Assembly (NCBI GenBank): GCA_964016885.1
Contig: OZ024740.1
Span: 89,218,001-89,282,000, forward strand
Direction: 5' to 3'
DNA length: 64,000 bases
DNA from: Eledone cirrhosa
Lineage: Eukaryota
Under the pieces are notes generated by a model. It worked only from the letters and a program-made list of their open reading frames with translations. It did no database searches and was not told where the DNA came from. The position numbers and the translations under genes were made by a program. Shown piece after piece: positions 27,069 through 40,959 of this stretch. Each line of letters begins with the position of its first letter. The first letter of the stretch is position 1.

Positions 27069-27635
27069 AAACTACTCCAGAGAACCATATACTAAAATAT
27101 ATACAGTATATCCTCTCCCAATCAGCATAATCAACTACACAAACAATCAATTAAACAAGGCTATAAGATTAAAAGGCACCTATGAAGAAATAATATATAA
27201 ATAAATGATAGCTATTTATCCGTGATCAACAGCCACAAAATATTTACCCAGTATTTCTAATAGCTCGTGGAAATCGATTAGATATATCGCCAACCATACA
27301 CAAGTAGGTACAAAATCAAAGTTAAAAGAAAAAAAAGAAACATAATTTTGGTATGCTTATATACATTTTTTCTTCTAACTTTGATTTTGTACATAATTGT
27401 GTATGGTTGGCGATATATCTAATCGATTTCCACGAGCTATTAGAAATAGGGGGTAAATATTATGTGGCTGTTGCTCGCGGATAAATAGCTATTGTTCATT
27501 TATCTATTATTTCTTCATAGGTGCCTTTTAATCTTATAGCCTTGTTTAATTGATTTTTTGTGTGGTTGATTATGCTGATTGGGAGAGGAAATACTATATA
27601 TATTTTATCAAATGATTCTATGACGTACTTTCTTG
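27067..27635. repeat. Inverted repeat, ~270-bp arms with ~28-bp spacer
   Basis: 27067-27337 is the reverse complement of 27366-27635, with scattered substitutions. Confidence 0.9.
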
Positions 27636-27749
27636 CATATTGCTCTGATTGTTGACTATTTAAATAAATAATTCGTCATTGAGCCACATGATGGTTGCCA
27701 AAAACACATATATATATATATCTATGGCTCTGTCTAGTTTATGTATATG

Positions 27750-27821
<72 letters not shown>

Positions 27822-27944
27822 GGATGTGAGTTTTATTGTAGTACAATAAAGCAATGCAGATATCGGATAAGAAGCACTCTACAATTTGTAGGACTGGAGT
27901 ATACATAATATATAAGATCTAAAGATGGTTAAATGAGTTCCATG

Positions 27945-28015
27945 TATTTTATTATGCGCATTTCAAAAACAAATATCATCATGCAATAACATTTGTGTTT
28001 TCATCAGATAAAATA
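27945..28015 (-). ncRNA. Intact type I hammerhead motif
   Basis: Minus strand TATTTTAT-CTGATGA-[long stem II]-GAAAT GCGC ATA-ATAAAATA; 8-bp stem I, palindromic ATGCGCAT stem III. Confidence 0.85.
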
Positions 28016-29375
28016 GGACATGATATGAAGGTTAAAAACACTTGTGGATAGTGCAGTTTTAAATCAACATATGAAAAGTATTTTTAGATTGATGTGTGAT
28101 ATTGGGTAAAAAAAAATGGTTGAGGGGGGGGGAGATGAAAAAGAGGAGGATATGAGAGTAAAAGGTGGAGGGGGAGGAGTATAATGAGGAAGGATGAGAT
28201 AGGAGGAGAGATGGCTGATAGAGAGAGGGAGATAGTTTTTATAACTGAGAAAAATATATTGTTTTACATAGAGAGGTTGAAAAACCGTTGGAAGATAATG
28301 TATAAATTAAAATAATTTGAAAATTAACGAAGAGAAAAATAATGTAAAGTTAAGGTTTGTATATTGAAGGGTTTAATAATATGTGCCATGAAAAGAAATT
28401 GTTAATATGTATTAAGAATAATATTTAAGGGTTTAATAATATCTGCGATGGAAAGAAAATGTTAATATGTATTAAGAATAATTTTAAGGGTTTAATAATA
28501 TGTGCGATGGAAAGAAAATGTTGATATCTATTATTAAAAAAACAGAAGTAATGTAAGTAAGGATATATTGTGAGATGAGCATGAATAAGTTAGATGAAAG
28601 GGAGAAAAAAATAATGAATAGAGGATGAATAATCTACCGTCAAAAAAATGTTTATGTTTACGAAGGATTTATTCAAGGTGATATAAAGTAAGAATATAGT
28701 GTATTGTGTAATAATTGTGTAATAATTATTACACAATACACTATATTCTTACTTTATATCACCTTGAAAAAATCCTTCGTAAACATAAACATATTTTTTG
28801 ACGTTAGATTATTCATCCTCTATTCATTATTTTTTCTCACTTTCATCTAACTTATTCATGCTCATCTCACAATATATCCTTACTTACATTACTTCTGTTT
28901 TTTTAATAATACATATCAACATTTTCTTTCCCTCGCACATATTATTAAACCCTTAAATATTATTCTTAATACATATTAACAATTTCTTTTCATCGCACAT
29001 ATTATTAAACCCTTCAATATACAAACCTTATCTTTACGTTATTTTTCTCTTCGTTAATTTTCAAATTATTTTAATTTATACATTATCTTCCAACGGTTTT
29101 TCAACCTCTCTATGTAAAACAATATATTTTTCTCAGTTATAAAAGCTATCTCTCTCTCTCTATCAGCCATCTCTCCTCCTATCTCATCCTTCCTCATTAT
29201 ACTCCTCCCCCTCCACTTTTTACTCTCATCTCCTCCTCTTTTTCATCCTTTCCACCCACCCCCCTCAACAATTTTTTTCTCCCCAATATCACACATCAAT
29301 CTAAAACTACTTTTCATATGTTGATTTAAAACTGCACTATCCACAAGTGTTTTTAACTTTCATATCATGTCCTCC

Positions 29376-29446
29376 TATTTTATCTGATGAAAACACAAAT
29401 GTTATTGCATGATGATATTTGTTTTTGAAATGCACATAATAAAATA
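29376..29446 (+). ncRNA. Type I hammerhead motif (mirror copy)
   Basis: Same as 27945-28015 but loop III is GCAC. Confidence 0.8.
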
Positions 29447-29476
29447 CATGGAACTCATTTAACCATCTTTTGATCT

Positions 29477-29545
<69 letters not shown>

Positions 29546-29876
29546 GATAAATCTACCAAGAGTTTACGGTAGTGTCCAATCCGTATGAAGAACTCAATGT
29601 ATTCCGGATATCATGGAAAGAAGAGATGTAATGAAAATCCAATTTCGGTGAAAGATGAACGGTATACAGAGTCAAGATAATTATTTCTGAAGACGGCGTA
29701 TATATGAGTTAGGTATGTATATTTAATCTTGATAATTTGTATAATTTTGTATAATTTTGTACATAGATCTGTTAAATATGCATACCAATTATAACACATA
29801 TATACCCTAGAAACGATCGTTAAATAGTGAACTTTTTTTGTTTAATATAAGGAATTGTTTGTTCATTATTTGTTTA

Positions 29877-29923
<47 letters not shown>

Positions 29924-29940
29924 GCGTGTGTGTGGGTATG

Positions 29941-29976
<36 letters not shown>

Positions 29977-30985
29977 CATTCTCACACATATGTATATACC
30001 TCATATTATATATACCTACACTAACTATGTAAAAACTATCTAGTTATAATAAACTAATTAAAATAAAGTGTTTTAAACCCTCCGCACAAGTTTAAAAGAT
30101 AACAATTATATAACCAATAATATTGTATATTTTATATACACTATAAATATTATTTTATAACACTACCACAATATTAAAACAACCCTTAATTTATCAACAA
30201 CCTTAATTACCTCCCTTTGTTATTAACCCCTTCACAACTTCCTGTGTAAACTTATAAAATTAAAACAACATAACGGTTCACCAACAGCTTAATAACGGAT
30301 AACACAAACCCTAGAAAGATAATTTGTAGATAAAAAATGCATAAAATAATACACCTAAAATAACAACATGGCCAGTAATACGGCGGAATTTACATTTAAC
30401 AAACAAACATCTATTGACTATAAACGACTTAAAATAATCCCATGGTTAATAGCTGTGAGTAACAAACAGCATACACACATAAATACGAACTACAACAAAA
30501 ACACTTAAATGAAAATCACGTACCTAACTCTATCATGTGCTTTGCATTACATGTTACATAATAAATACCTATATTATCACCACATGCCTCACTAACAAAT
30601 TGCACACCATATTAAACATTTATAACAATTATAACATGCTTTAACTCCACACAAAATATGTTTATTTAAACTGCATTATAACTCTTTCCTCATACATGCA
30701 TTATTGACTGTATAAACACCTATATTGTACATCAATTTTCCTTGCTTATAATTTGTTGCCTGTTTTTTTAGCTTGTTGCTTTTTTGGCTTGTGATTTTTT
30801 GGCTTGTGCTTTTTACTTATACCTATTACACTTCCAACCAGTGCTGCCTGTAATTGTGTTCTTTCAAACAGAACATCTTTTTAACTCCTGACTCTCCACA
30901 AGATCCATTTGACACTAATAACAATTATGCACCATAAATGTTCGAAATGACTGGGATTTTAGTTACATGTTTCGACATTCCTTAT

Positions 30986-31032
30986 GCTCCGATGATTCCA
31001 GACTTCCCTCTGGAAGAAACAATTCGCAGCTA
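30986..31032 (+). ncRNA. Degenerate hammerhead motif
   Basis: CCGATGA-TTCCAGA CTTCCC TCTGGAA-GAAAC...; core U>C change; AATAAA follows. Confidence 0.5.
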
Positions 31033-31624
31033 ATAAATGTTCTAAACTAAAATTTGATCGTTTTAACACTTTGCATCTCGGCTCTGTAAAACACTTAAAC
31101 ATTTGCATTGAGCCTTTTGTCATACCGGTAACCGGCTGGTACTTAGTACTACCCTATATATATATATATATTAGCCATATTCTCCATGTGTGTTTATTTT
31201 CATAATTCCACACGAGGTGTACTAGCCTGCTTTTAAATTCCCTTTCTGGCATATTTTAGCAGTGATTTGGTTATCGTGTTTGAGCTCTACTAATGAACGA
31301 TTCCAAGCGTGACTAACCCCACTGAAAAGTTTCGTGAAATAGTTTTTTAAGACTATATAGAGCATTTATAGTTTTTCCAAATTGAACGATGAGTATTTAA
31401 CCTTAATTTTATTCTGAGTTAAGACACTATTGATTTTTTCCATGGATTTCACAAAATCTGTGGATACAATATCTGTCTTGACATTTTTTTAATTGAGTTT
31501 GAATTATTTTCCCATATCTTACGTTAAATATTTTCCATCTTGACGCTATAGTCACTTATATATTATGAAATACTGTTGGCTTCTTGCTCACATTAATTTC
31601 TCTATTTTCATTTATATATATATA

Positions 31625-32236
31625 TATATATAAAGTTGCAGTTCCTGTATCTTTGTTTGTTTGTTTGTTCACGAACTCCTATAGATTGGGAGATATACCT
31701 CTATAACCATATATATTTATTTGAATCAAGGGTTCTCCGGGGGCACAAACCCCCGCTGAAAACTCCCACTGACATCCTTTTCCCTTCGATTTATATAAAA
31801 TTTAAATCATAGGTAAATGGGAAGATATGATGCCTATTAACAACATTTCAGCAAATTTCAATAATATTAAGACACCCCGATGGGGTTTAAACCCCCAACT
31901 AGGGTTCCCCCGGGGCACAAACCCCGCTAAAAATATTTCCCATCGATTCATATGAAATTTAAACCATAAGTAAATGACAAGATATAATTCACAAAAGTTT
32001 TGAATTGATTTTTTGAAAAAAATGATTTACAATAAACAACATACGAATAAGATTTAATAATTTAATTTGGATTTGACATATTACAAAAAAATAATGTCTT
32101 CCAATTGTTCATGCATTACATTTTACATTGAGTGATATTGAAGTGAAGAGTTTTTCTCCATAAATTATATCACTGATTTAAAATCAATCATCATTCCCCC
32201 CTCCCCCCCAAAAAATGTGTGAAACGCAGAAAGGCT

Positions 32237-32239
<3 letters not shown>
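31625..32239 (+). mobile_element. Possible non-autonomous Helitron
   Basis: TATATAAAG start with (TGTT)n near the 5' end, internal GGGGCACAAACCCC hairpin duplicated, CTTGT end resembling CTAG|T. Confidence 0.35.
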
Positions 32240-32286
<47 letters not shown>

Positions 32287-32403
32287 TAAATGGAAAAGAA
32301 AATGCTGACAAATTGTTCACAGTGAAAAATAGTTTAATTAGGAATAAATGAGAATTAGTAATAATATTGGTTAGTATTCAGTTTTGGTTTTAAGCTTTAC
32401 CGG

Positions 32404-32531
32404 TTGCGCATTTCTAATGCTTTTCAAAAGTAATTTTGAGATAGAGCGTCCGTGATGTTTGCTCTGATCAGAGCAAATATCACGGACGCTCTATCTCAAA
32501 ATTATTTTTGAAAAGCATTAGAAATGCGCAA
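32404..32531. repeat. Fold-back palindrome, 64-bp arms, no spacer
   Basis: Centre GCTCTGA|TCAGAGC at 32467/32468; very few mismatches. Confidence 0.9.
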
Positions 32532-33282
32532 TATATATCTATATATAATAGTAGAACACTGGTGGGTTATATCCGTAGTAGTAGAGCATATATATATATA
32601 TATAATAGTAGAACACTGGTGGATTATATCCGTAGTAGTAGCGCAATCAGTCCGTAGGACGGGTTTGGTAGAAGTAGTAGCACAACAGTTAGTTCAACAT
32701 AGCGAATTTGTTCGGATCCTCAGCTCGGTCTACATGGAGTTGTACGGAAAAGGAAAAACAACTGTACGAATACGCATGTGTAGAAACAGTCACCTCTCCT
32801 GGGGGAGATAAACCCACAATCGATCGATGTGCAGGAGATAACTGTGGATTCTCGGAATAAATTATTCATGTTATTCAGAATATTAAGGATTGTTGATGTT
32901 AGTCAATAATTTCATTACCAGCTGCCTAATTTTAGAATAATTTCCATGTGATCTATACGTCGTGTATTCTTATGTTTTCCATCTTTTAATTATCCATAGG
33001 TCACCCTAGTACATGTACTTTTATTATTATCATAACAGTGTTTCACGTCTGCCTCTTTTCCCCCCTCAAAAATTGCCTAGCTTGTTTAGATGCGCTCTGC
33101 CTAGTACGCATGAATGTAACAGCTCTTTCTTCTTCCTATCTAAATGGACCATGAATCAATAAAAACCTGAATCGTTTATGCCTGTGTCATGTAATTGTTG
33201 GGTAGATATCCTTCGGTTATAGTCCATAAAAGCAGCAAATGTCGGAGGTTTTAAGTCTGATAGTTTTTGTTGTCATTTTCAG

Positions 33283-33353
33283 GATATTGGTTGCCTTCTA
33301 TTTTTGCCCCGTCAAACGTGGTTTCTGACACTTTTGTTAGATTTCCACCAGTC
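33283..33353 (+). CDS. Candidate host coding exon (product unknown)
   Basis: Strong acceptor TTTTTGTTGTCATTTTCAG, donor GTC|GTAAGA, open frame (G)YWLPSIFAPSNVVSDTFVRFPPV. Confidence 0.35.
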
Positions 33354-33534
33354 GTAAGAGGAACACCTAAATATCTGAAAATGGAAGAGAAGGATATCGA
33401 GGGAGATATAATGGAAGGAGCTAAACTGGAAAAAAGGGTATATAAAGTAAAGGGAAAGAGAATTTCAGCAACTCATTGAGAAGAGCGAGAAGACATATAT
33501 GAAGATGAAGGTAAAGGAGTATATATATATATAC

Positions 33535-33569
<35 letters not shown>

Positions 33570-35951
33570 TTGATAGATAGATATAGAGAGAAAGAGGGTG
33601 CCGTGTGTGTATGTGTGCTTATATTAGTACGTGATTCTATATAGGTATTTGTCTTCGTTTGTAATCACATGGCTTGTAACCTAAAGCAAACGAAGTAAAC
33701 ATTCAATTTCACATATCGGTTAAGTGTTATTATATTGCAAATAGCAATGCAGTGTAGAAATGAATATGGAATTCACAACACATTGCAATTATTGCCGTTT
33801 TAGGTATTTAGATAAAAAGTCAGTTATGTGAACCGGCAAAATATTATAATTTCCTTCCATGCAAATGGAAGTTGTAATAAAAGCAGGAAAATCAATAAGG
33901 TGCAATTTTAGTTAAATCTGATTCTGGAACATCATCTATAGAAGTAATAAACGTAAAGCTATACACTTAGGCCATCTCTTAGATGTAAGCGATTATACAG
34001 CTTCCTAATTTCCCTGTTTATTTTCTGAAGGTAAAATCAGAAATAGATTTTATAGCATTCAACTGAATATGAAGTGATGAATTTAGAAGAGTAAATTTTT
34101 TTCTTGTTTTTGGTTGTAACTTAGATTTTATTGAAGTAGAGAATTCTTTAGTATTTGATAACATCTATTTCCAAAACTGTTATAACCTGTTTTAAATAAT
34201 TAACTCTTTTCCAATATAAGATTGTAGTAAAAGTTGAAGTGTCGTGAACATATTTTAGTATTGTTTTTATAACCAAACAGATTCTTTCAGAGTTTAAATT
34301 TTATATACAATACATAGTTGTCTACGGTTTCTCTACTTCGAAAGGCGATTGAACATTTGTGGACATTATCTTATACTTTTAAATAGTTTACAACATATCA
34401 GCAACTGATATCAATATCAAATTTAGTAATCTATTATTATTTTATGGTATTCAAACACTTTTCTGAAATTAAGTCACACATATACGTTTAAACGACATTT
34501 ATGCCCAAAATAAATCAACAAACAAAAAAAAGCCACGTAATAAATAATGGCAAGGCGATAAAAATACAATAAATGTGAAGTCAAAAACAATTCGTTTGGA
34601 GTATTGAGTTTATGACTGTAATTTTTTTCAATTTACTTTTATCTAAATAATAGAGATTAGCATCATGTTTTATTGTACATTCTAATACACAAGAAACCAA
34701 ATATTTAAAGTTACTTTTAAAATTTCTGACAGTTTGCAAATTAATAAGATGGCAGGAATACTGAACGAAATTGTGTAAATAGAAAACCAATCTACATTGG
34801 CACCGGTCAAAATATAATTTGATGGATTTCTATTTTTATATGCGGGAGACAGACATCAAATAACAACATATATGGCTAGATACCAGAAGTCTCGTTATTA
34901 TCATAGCGTAGATAACTGACGTATCTTTCTATATACACTTTCGATTGTTATTTGTGCATTCTTATCATTTCTTTGAGAATTGAAAGTAAAATATTATAGT
35001 GTTCTTTTATTTGGCAAACTGGATTGAAAATTTTCTCAAACCAATATTAGCTTTCTCTAATAATGTAAAACTAAAATCAGTCCGAATTTAAATAGACTAT
35101 ATTATTAACCAAGATCAAGCTTCACATTTTCATCTTGCATAAGTGCAATCGCAAAACTTTTATTAATAATTCTTTATTCAAAAGTATGATAATATACTAC
35201 TGAAAAATGTTATTTATATGAGAGGTAATGTAACGTATTTATTATAAAGAGAAAATATTTAAGTTTACGCTACGTGTGACCTGAGGTATTCTCTAGTCAA
35301 CAAATAAAAACACTCAATAATCAGATACACGTGACACCTATGATGAAGTACTCAGTGCAAAAACATTAATATATAAAAAAAATAGTAGTTTGGCCTGTGG
35401 AGTTATATTTTCTTCCAGTTCTGCATTAAACTTTCGAATTGGAATTCTTATAATATTAGAAAAAGGAGAAACCCTTTTGAAAAAAATCCAGTAATACACT
35501 CTGATTACTTTTATAAATAATTACTATCGCTGAGATGTGTATTTTTTTGCATTCTATTTTGTGTTTAGATATGGAGTGGATTGATTGGATCCTGTATTAT
35601 ATCTGGGCCATCAAACCTCATTGGTGGGAGAAATAAAGATATCCTCAAAACAGTGACATGCTCTAAATCGTGGCAAAGGAAAATACTTAATTATATGGTC
35701 AAGTCCTGGTATTAAAGAAGACGAACGGCGCCGTCCAGTGAATGGAAAATAAAACAAAACAAGATTAGTTTTATTACTTTTTCAGTCTTCCATTCCCTCC
35801 TTTTTCCGGTACTATCGTTCTCACATCTTCCTTTATTTTTTCGTTAGGCTGTCATTGTAGTCTTAATCGATTAAAACCAGCTACAAGATGGTCTTTACAC
35901 GGCACATGATACGCGTGATTTCGAATAACATGTTAAACCATTATTATAAAC

Positions 35952-36578
35952 ACTAGCAGAAAAACCAGCCTTCGGTTTGTTTTCTGCTAGCATGTGCAGT
36001 GTGCATCTTGATAGGCAAGTATATATGCATGAAGATATGATACATCAAATAAAATCGTAATTGACAATATACACCGAAATTGAACGAAGGCTGCGTTACA
36101 CTGTCTTATGTAATCAGTAATGTAATCCATGATATATTTAAAAAAGACGATATTATATAGAAACTGCATTAGGAGAAAATTAGTGACGGAAATATATGAA
36201 TGTTCATTTAAGTGATCGCTAACCGGACGTGTTGACATTTGAAAATGTTAAAGAAGCGAATCTTAAAATAACCAACAACATTATTTATATTTAATCAAGA
36301 ATAACGAAATTTAGTAGATACATTATGTAATATTCATTCATTATTTATTCAAAGTAATCCAACTTATTTTACAAACAGAATAACAAAATATATTCTGGAC
36401 GCAGTGCCGCATTCCTTACATTATTATAATTTAGATGCTGCATATTACGCCAAAAATAAACTCATGTCTGTTTTAATACAAACCGTTCACATTGAATATC
36501 CGATTCGCGTAAAAACTTACATACACAGGTACACCACAATGATAATATTTTTTTCTAAACGGATGGCTTTATATATAT
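35952..36578 (-). mobile_element. Possible non-autonomous Helitron
   Basis: Minus-strand 3' end CTAGT with a subterminal hairpin; other end TATATATAAAGCC. Confidence 0.35.
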
Positions 36579-36779
36579 ATGTATATATATATATATGTAT
36601 GTATGCATATATATATATGACTGCATATGTACATGTATACATACATACGTACATATATAAACATCCATCCATCCATACATACATTGAGGCAGCAAACTCT
36701 GCTAAGGGTATTGTAATCGCTTGTCATATTACAGAAAATGTTGCACTTTATGGTACATCCAGCCACACGAACCTGTAAC

Positions 36780-37190
36780 AGATCCTGAACAAGCAATGCC
36801 TGAGCTTTGGAGGTTTTTTTAAGTGGGGAAACGCCTTGCACTCGACCAATCCCACTCTCTGAGCATCGAAAACACTACCCGAATAGAAGATCTTGTCAAC
36901 ATCATCGGATGCTTCCGAAGCCGTAGATTTTTTTCAGAGTTTCCCTCTCGTAGAAAGGTGTTGTGACAACAGGAGGTCTTTCACTCCCAGGCGGAAAAAA
37001 AGTACTTATTTGGATGGCCATTTTAAACCTCCGCCCTTTGACGGGTCTTTTATTTCATCCTGCAGGCTGTCCAAATATCACCCACCTCATCAACCAAGCT
37101 TGGTCGTGTTGCCAGTTTAGCCGATGATCCGACAATGAGACAGGTTGTGACTGGGTTACATGTTACCAGTAGCACTTGAGAGTGACCTGT
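36780..37190 (-). mobile_element. GC-richer insert resembling a LINE (RTE-type) 5' region
   Basis: Compositional break and GAGAGGGAAACTCTGA motif; no ORF; recognised by resemblance only. Confidence 0.3.
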
Positions 37191-37545
37191 CATACATACA
37201 TGCATATATTGTGCTATAAATGTATTACTAATCACTTTATTAACAATTATTTCTGTCTTTAGTTCAACTAAACAACGTTTCGCCTGTATTACTTTTCTAA
37301 TAAAAGTATTCTATTCTATTATCCAAATAAACAGTAGTATCGGTATGAGTAACAATCGAAATACAATTAATCTTGTTTCGTTTTATTATTTAATCAATGG
37401 ACGGCGCCGTTCGCCATCTTTAAATATAGGACTTCACCTTTCGAAGATTATAATTAAGCCTTTCTCTTTTCTCTATATTTTTAGACTTGAGAGTACAGTT
37501 TCAAATGTATTCGAGTAGATGCTAAGTTTGGACCTATTCTATATA

Positions 37546-37646
37546 CAGGGTGTCGCGAAATAATGCATACGCACTTTCATTACCTGTAGAGGCAATATTT
37601 ATTAGAATGCTTTTGAAGTGTGTATAAATATTTTAGGGACATCTTG
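37546..37646. mobile_element. Tc1/mariner-type MITE (101 bp)
   Basis: TA|CAGGGTGTC...GACATCTTG|TA; ~30-bp imperfect TIRs and TA TSD. Confidence 0.7.
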
Positions 37647-40600
37647 TATATGATGAACATTTAAACCAGTCTATTTAAACTTTGATGAGTAATTTTCTGT
37701 TACTCAGATTGTTATATCACCTCTATAAATTCATATTGTTTTCTTTCACTTTTCCCGCCTAGAATGTGTTGACTAGTCACACGTACAACTACAGTACTTC
37801 CAAAACTCGAGTATTTTTTATTCTATTGGGATACAAATTACCCAGAGCTACATTTCCATATATTTCCTATTTATTTCATGCTGGCCGAATGTAATTTGAC
37901 TGACATATTTAGCTCTTAATTCGAGCTGTCCAAAATACCATGTAGAGGTTCTTTCTTTAGCGAACACACTGCTGATAATTAGTTCATTTTAATTATGAAT
38001 CTATAAACTATCATCGAAGTATACAGTAAACGCTTGACACAGTTATTTCTAATATCATTAGATATCGTTGTAAACAGATATGCTAAACGACCGTCAGCGA
38101 TACATTCCTCGGCGGTTAAAAGAGGAATAAAACCGAAATCCTGTACATTGGAGAACATAAAGCCGCAAAATAATTCAAACATGTTACATGTAATGACATA
38201 TTTCTTTCATAAATAATCAACATCATTATGCAAATGATTTATGAATTATACGTTTTTATAGAACAATTTACAGGAACATTAGCAGTTGCCAATATTCTAT
38301 ACCATATTAGAAAATGAATAAAAAAAAGTGTTTCATTGTAAATAAGATATTTTGTTTTATCTTCAATGAAAAGCAAAGAATTACATTGAAAACACTTTTA
38401 TAGTCGGCTGGAAAAATAATCATGTTGCTCTCCGCATCCAGCTGTTGAGATAAGTAATATTTATCGACTTTGCAAACGTTTGTTTCGTCTATTGATTTCT
38501 CTCTTGTAACCCTTATAATTCATCCCGGATAAAAGCACCAAAACATTCATTCAAATATTTTTCTTATTACTGTTCTACACACACATACATTCTCATAGAC
38601 ATATCCAGTGAAACACATGCACAGTGTGAACACACACACCTATATGCGCACTTACATTATAGTATAGGAACTGTAGAACAGTCTTATGCGCCAAGTAGCT
38701 TAGAAATCACGTACTTTCAGTAGCTATTGATCTTCCTTAAGAGGGAAATTGATTTCATTATATATATGGAGTATTTTGCTGAAGTATGATGCCATTTCTG
38801 TCAGGTTTATACCTCACAATATCATGAGAATATTCATATATAAATAGTTCGATATACATTGTTAAATTATAAAAATAATTTTCAGCCTCAAAGGATGTAT
38901 ACACATTATCTGTATGTGATAGATATCTCAAAAGTAACTTTCATTCCTAATTATCAATTCCCGCACTAAATATTGTCAGATGTAATGTATAGGTGTCATA
39001 CAGTTACATATTACACGGAATTGTTACCTCATCAACTACTTCAACAATATGATACTACAATATATAAATATAAATTGTCTAACAACGAGCTAAGGATTTG
39101 TTGAACTGTATTAGATTCACATGTCATGACTTGTGCATTTTGATTCCGCTAACTAATTGTGCAGCTGCAACGGTATAGTCTGCAGCGACATGTTCAGTCA
39201 ACAAACATTATTGTCTCCCACTGGTATGCGTGCAAATCTATAGTACGAAGTAGAAACCCTCGTATTTAACTTTCTTCTACATATTATTTTCTTAGCGTTA
39301 TATTGATGTTTCAGCTCATTGAAATATTATCATTAGATGTGTATACAGAACATATTGAGAAGGAAATGAAAACCTTAATCACTACCTTGTTTGTAATTGT
39401 AGGAACTACCTAGCACCTGCAAGAACATTGAAAACGTCAATAGAAATGGACAAGGGAATCTACTAAAGAATACTCGTATCTAATTTAAGGAAACATGGTT
39501 ATGACGATCAACACCTTTATTTCTATTATAATCGGTTCATAGTTCCTGAAGAAATAATGGAGGTGTACCTGAGAAAATATGCATGCAAAGTATAACAAAT
39601 TTCGTGTGCATACCATACTTATAGGTAGAGAGTGTAGCAAATCTATTTTATTTACACATTTCCTACATCTATCATTACACATATGAAAACATCGTCTTCG
39701 CAAAATTAGATATTTATAATTCTTTGAATCAATTACAACTGGGAATATATATTTCATTAACTGCTGAAATACTCTATAACACATCGCCTAAGAACACATG
39801 TTTTAGTCATGTTATTGCTGTGTCACTTTTATTAACTAATGTTCGTTTCATACTAAACAATAATATCAAGCTTATATGTTTTATTATATGTCGATGCACA
39901 ACATTTTCACAGAATGTTCGTATGAAGATATTTTAAGGCGACTGAAATATATTTTAGTAAGTTGAATTATGGTGAACAAAATAATTTGAACTGCTTTCCA
40001 GAGCAAGTGTAATCTTTCGACAAAGTGTATAGTTACTCAACCAATCAAGGTTTATGATATCCGTAGTTTTGTGTGTGATATGAAATTATATTTTCCCTCC
40101 CACCACACAAAAAAGCAATTAATACTCTCAAAATGGAACTCATAATTACGTGCTTTCAAGGTAATGACGAAGAACAATCGAAGTACGGGCAAAGAGAGGT
40201 CTCCATAATGGCCTGATTCAATGAAGCAACAGAAGTGACAAAATAAAATATACAATAACAATGTTTGTCTACAAGTTTTAGCGAAGGAAATATTTATGAT
40301 TTACAAAATACAGATGTTCAATTCAATGTTTCTTCAACAAACAAACCTGTTGACTTTATTGGACCCAGATATCTTCTACAATTTGATGTGTATAATTGTC
40401 GTATATGTTACATTTTGGTGGGTTTATTACATACTATAGGATGTTAGAACTGGTACAAAATAGAGAGCAAATAGCTTTCTTATCGCGAGTATACCTTCTA
40501 GAACAAGTATGTTCAAGACGTGAAGTAAAAGTTAAAAATGAAGGGAATCGTATTTATTTTGGGGGGATTGAGCCTTTTATTGTAAATTTGAATTAAAATA

Positions 40601-40959
40601 ATATTGCTTGTCATTTTGCATTGTTATTGCATTATTGGTTTTGTTTTATTTTCTTTTTGTGTTTTGCTAAGGTAGGTTATTGACATTTGAGGATCTACTT
40701 ATAAATTCATGAGCCGTTGCCAAACCGTTGTTTTAATTCTATGTTTAAAAAAGTCACTATATGATCAACCACATTTAGTAGTAGATTATATGGTGATTCT
40801 CATATTGTTCTGCTGCAGATTATCATCTTCATGAGAAATCGTTTTTTTTTTTGTTTCAATGTGCATGTTGTGATATTTAGTTGTGCTATTTAGTTTTGGT
40901 TTATGTTTTAGTGTTTACTATAAATCGTTTTCCATCCATTAATGCTTTGAGTATATTAC

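Larger units (their letters stand above)
27901..29490. repeat. ~1.6-kb fold-back palindrome of a PLE-type terminal region
   Basis: Arms of ~0.8 kb centred near 28726. Internal ~58-bp tandem repeat (3 copies left, 2 right). One hammerhead in each arm. Confidence 0.95.
35672..37470. mobile_element. Old TIR-bounded element with nested insertions
   Basis: 35672-35767 and 37369-37470 are diverged inverted repeats (core AAAGAAGACGAACGGCGCCGTCCA / TGGACGGCGCCGTTCGCCATCTTT). Confidence 0.55.

Noticed and set aside
28368-28530. Regularly spaced ~58-bp repeats suggestive of a CRISPR array
   Set aside because: Whole-unit tandem repeats with no unique spacers, eukaryotic context, no cas genes.
35569-35623. 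SGPSNLIG resemblance to SLC37-type transporters
   Set aside because: Too short, and no other matching exons were found.
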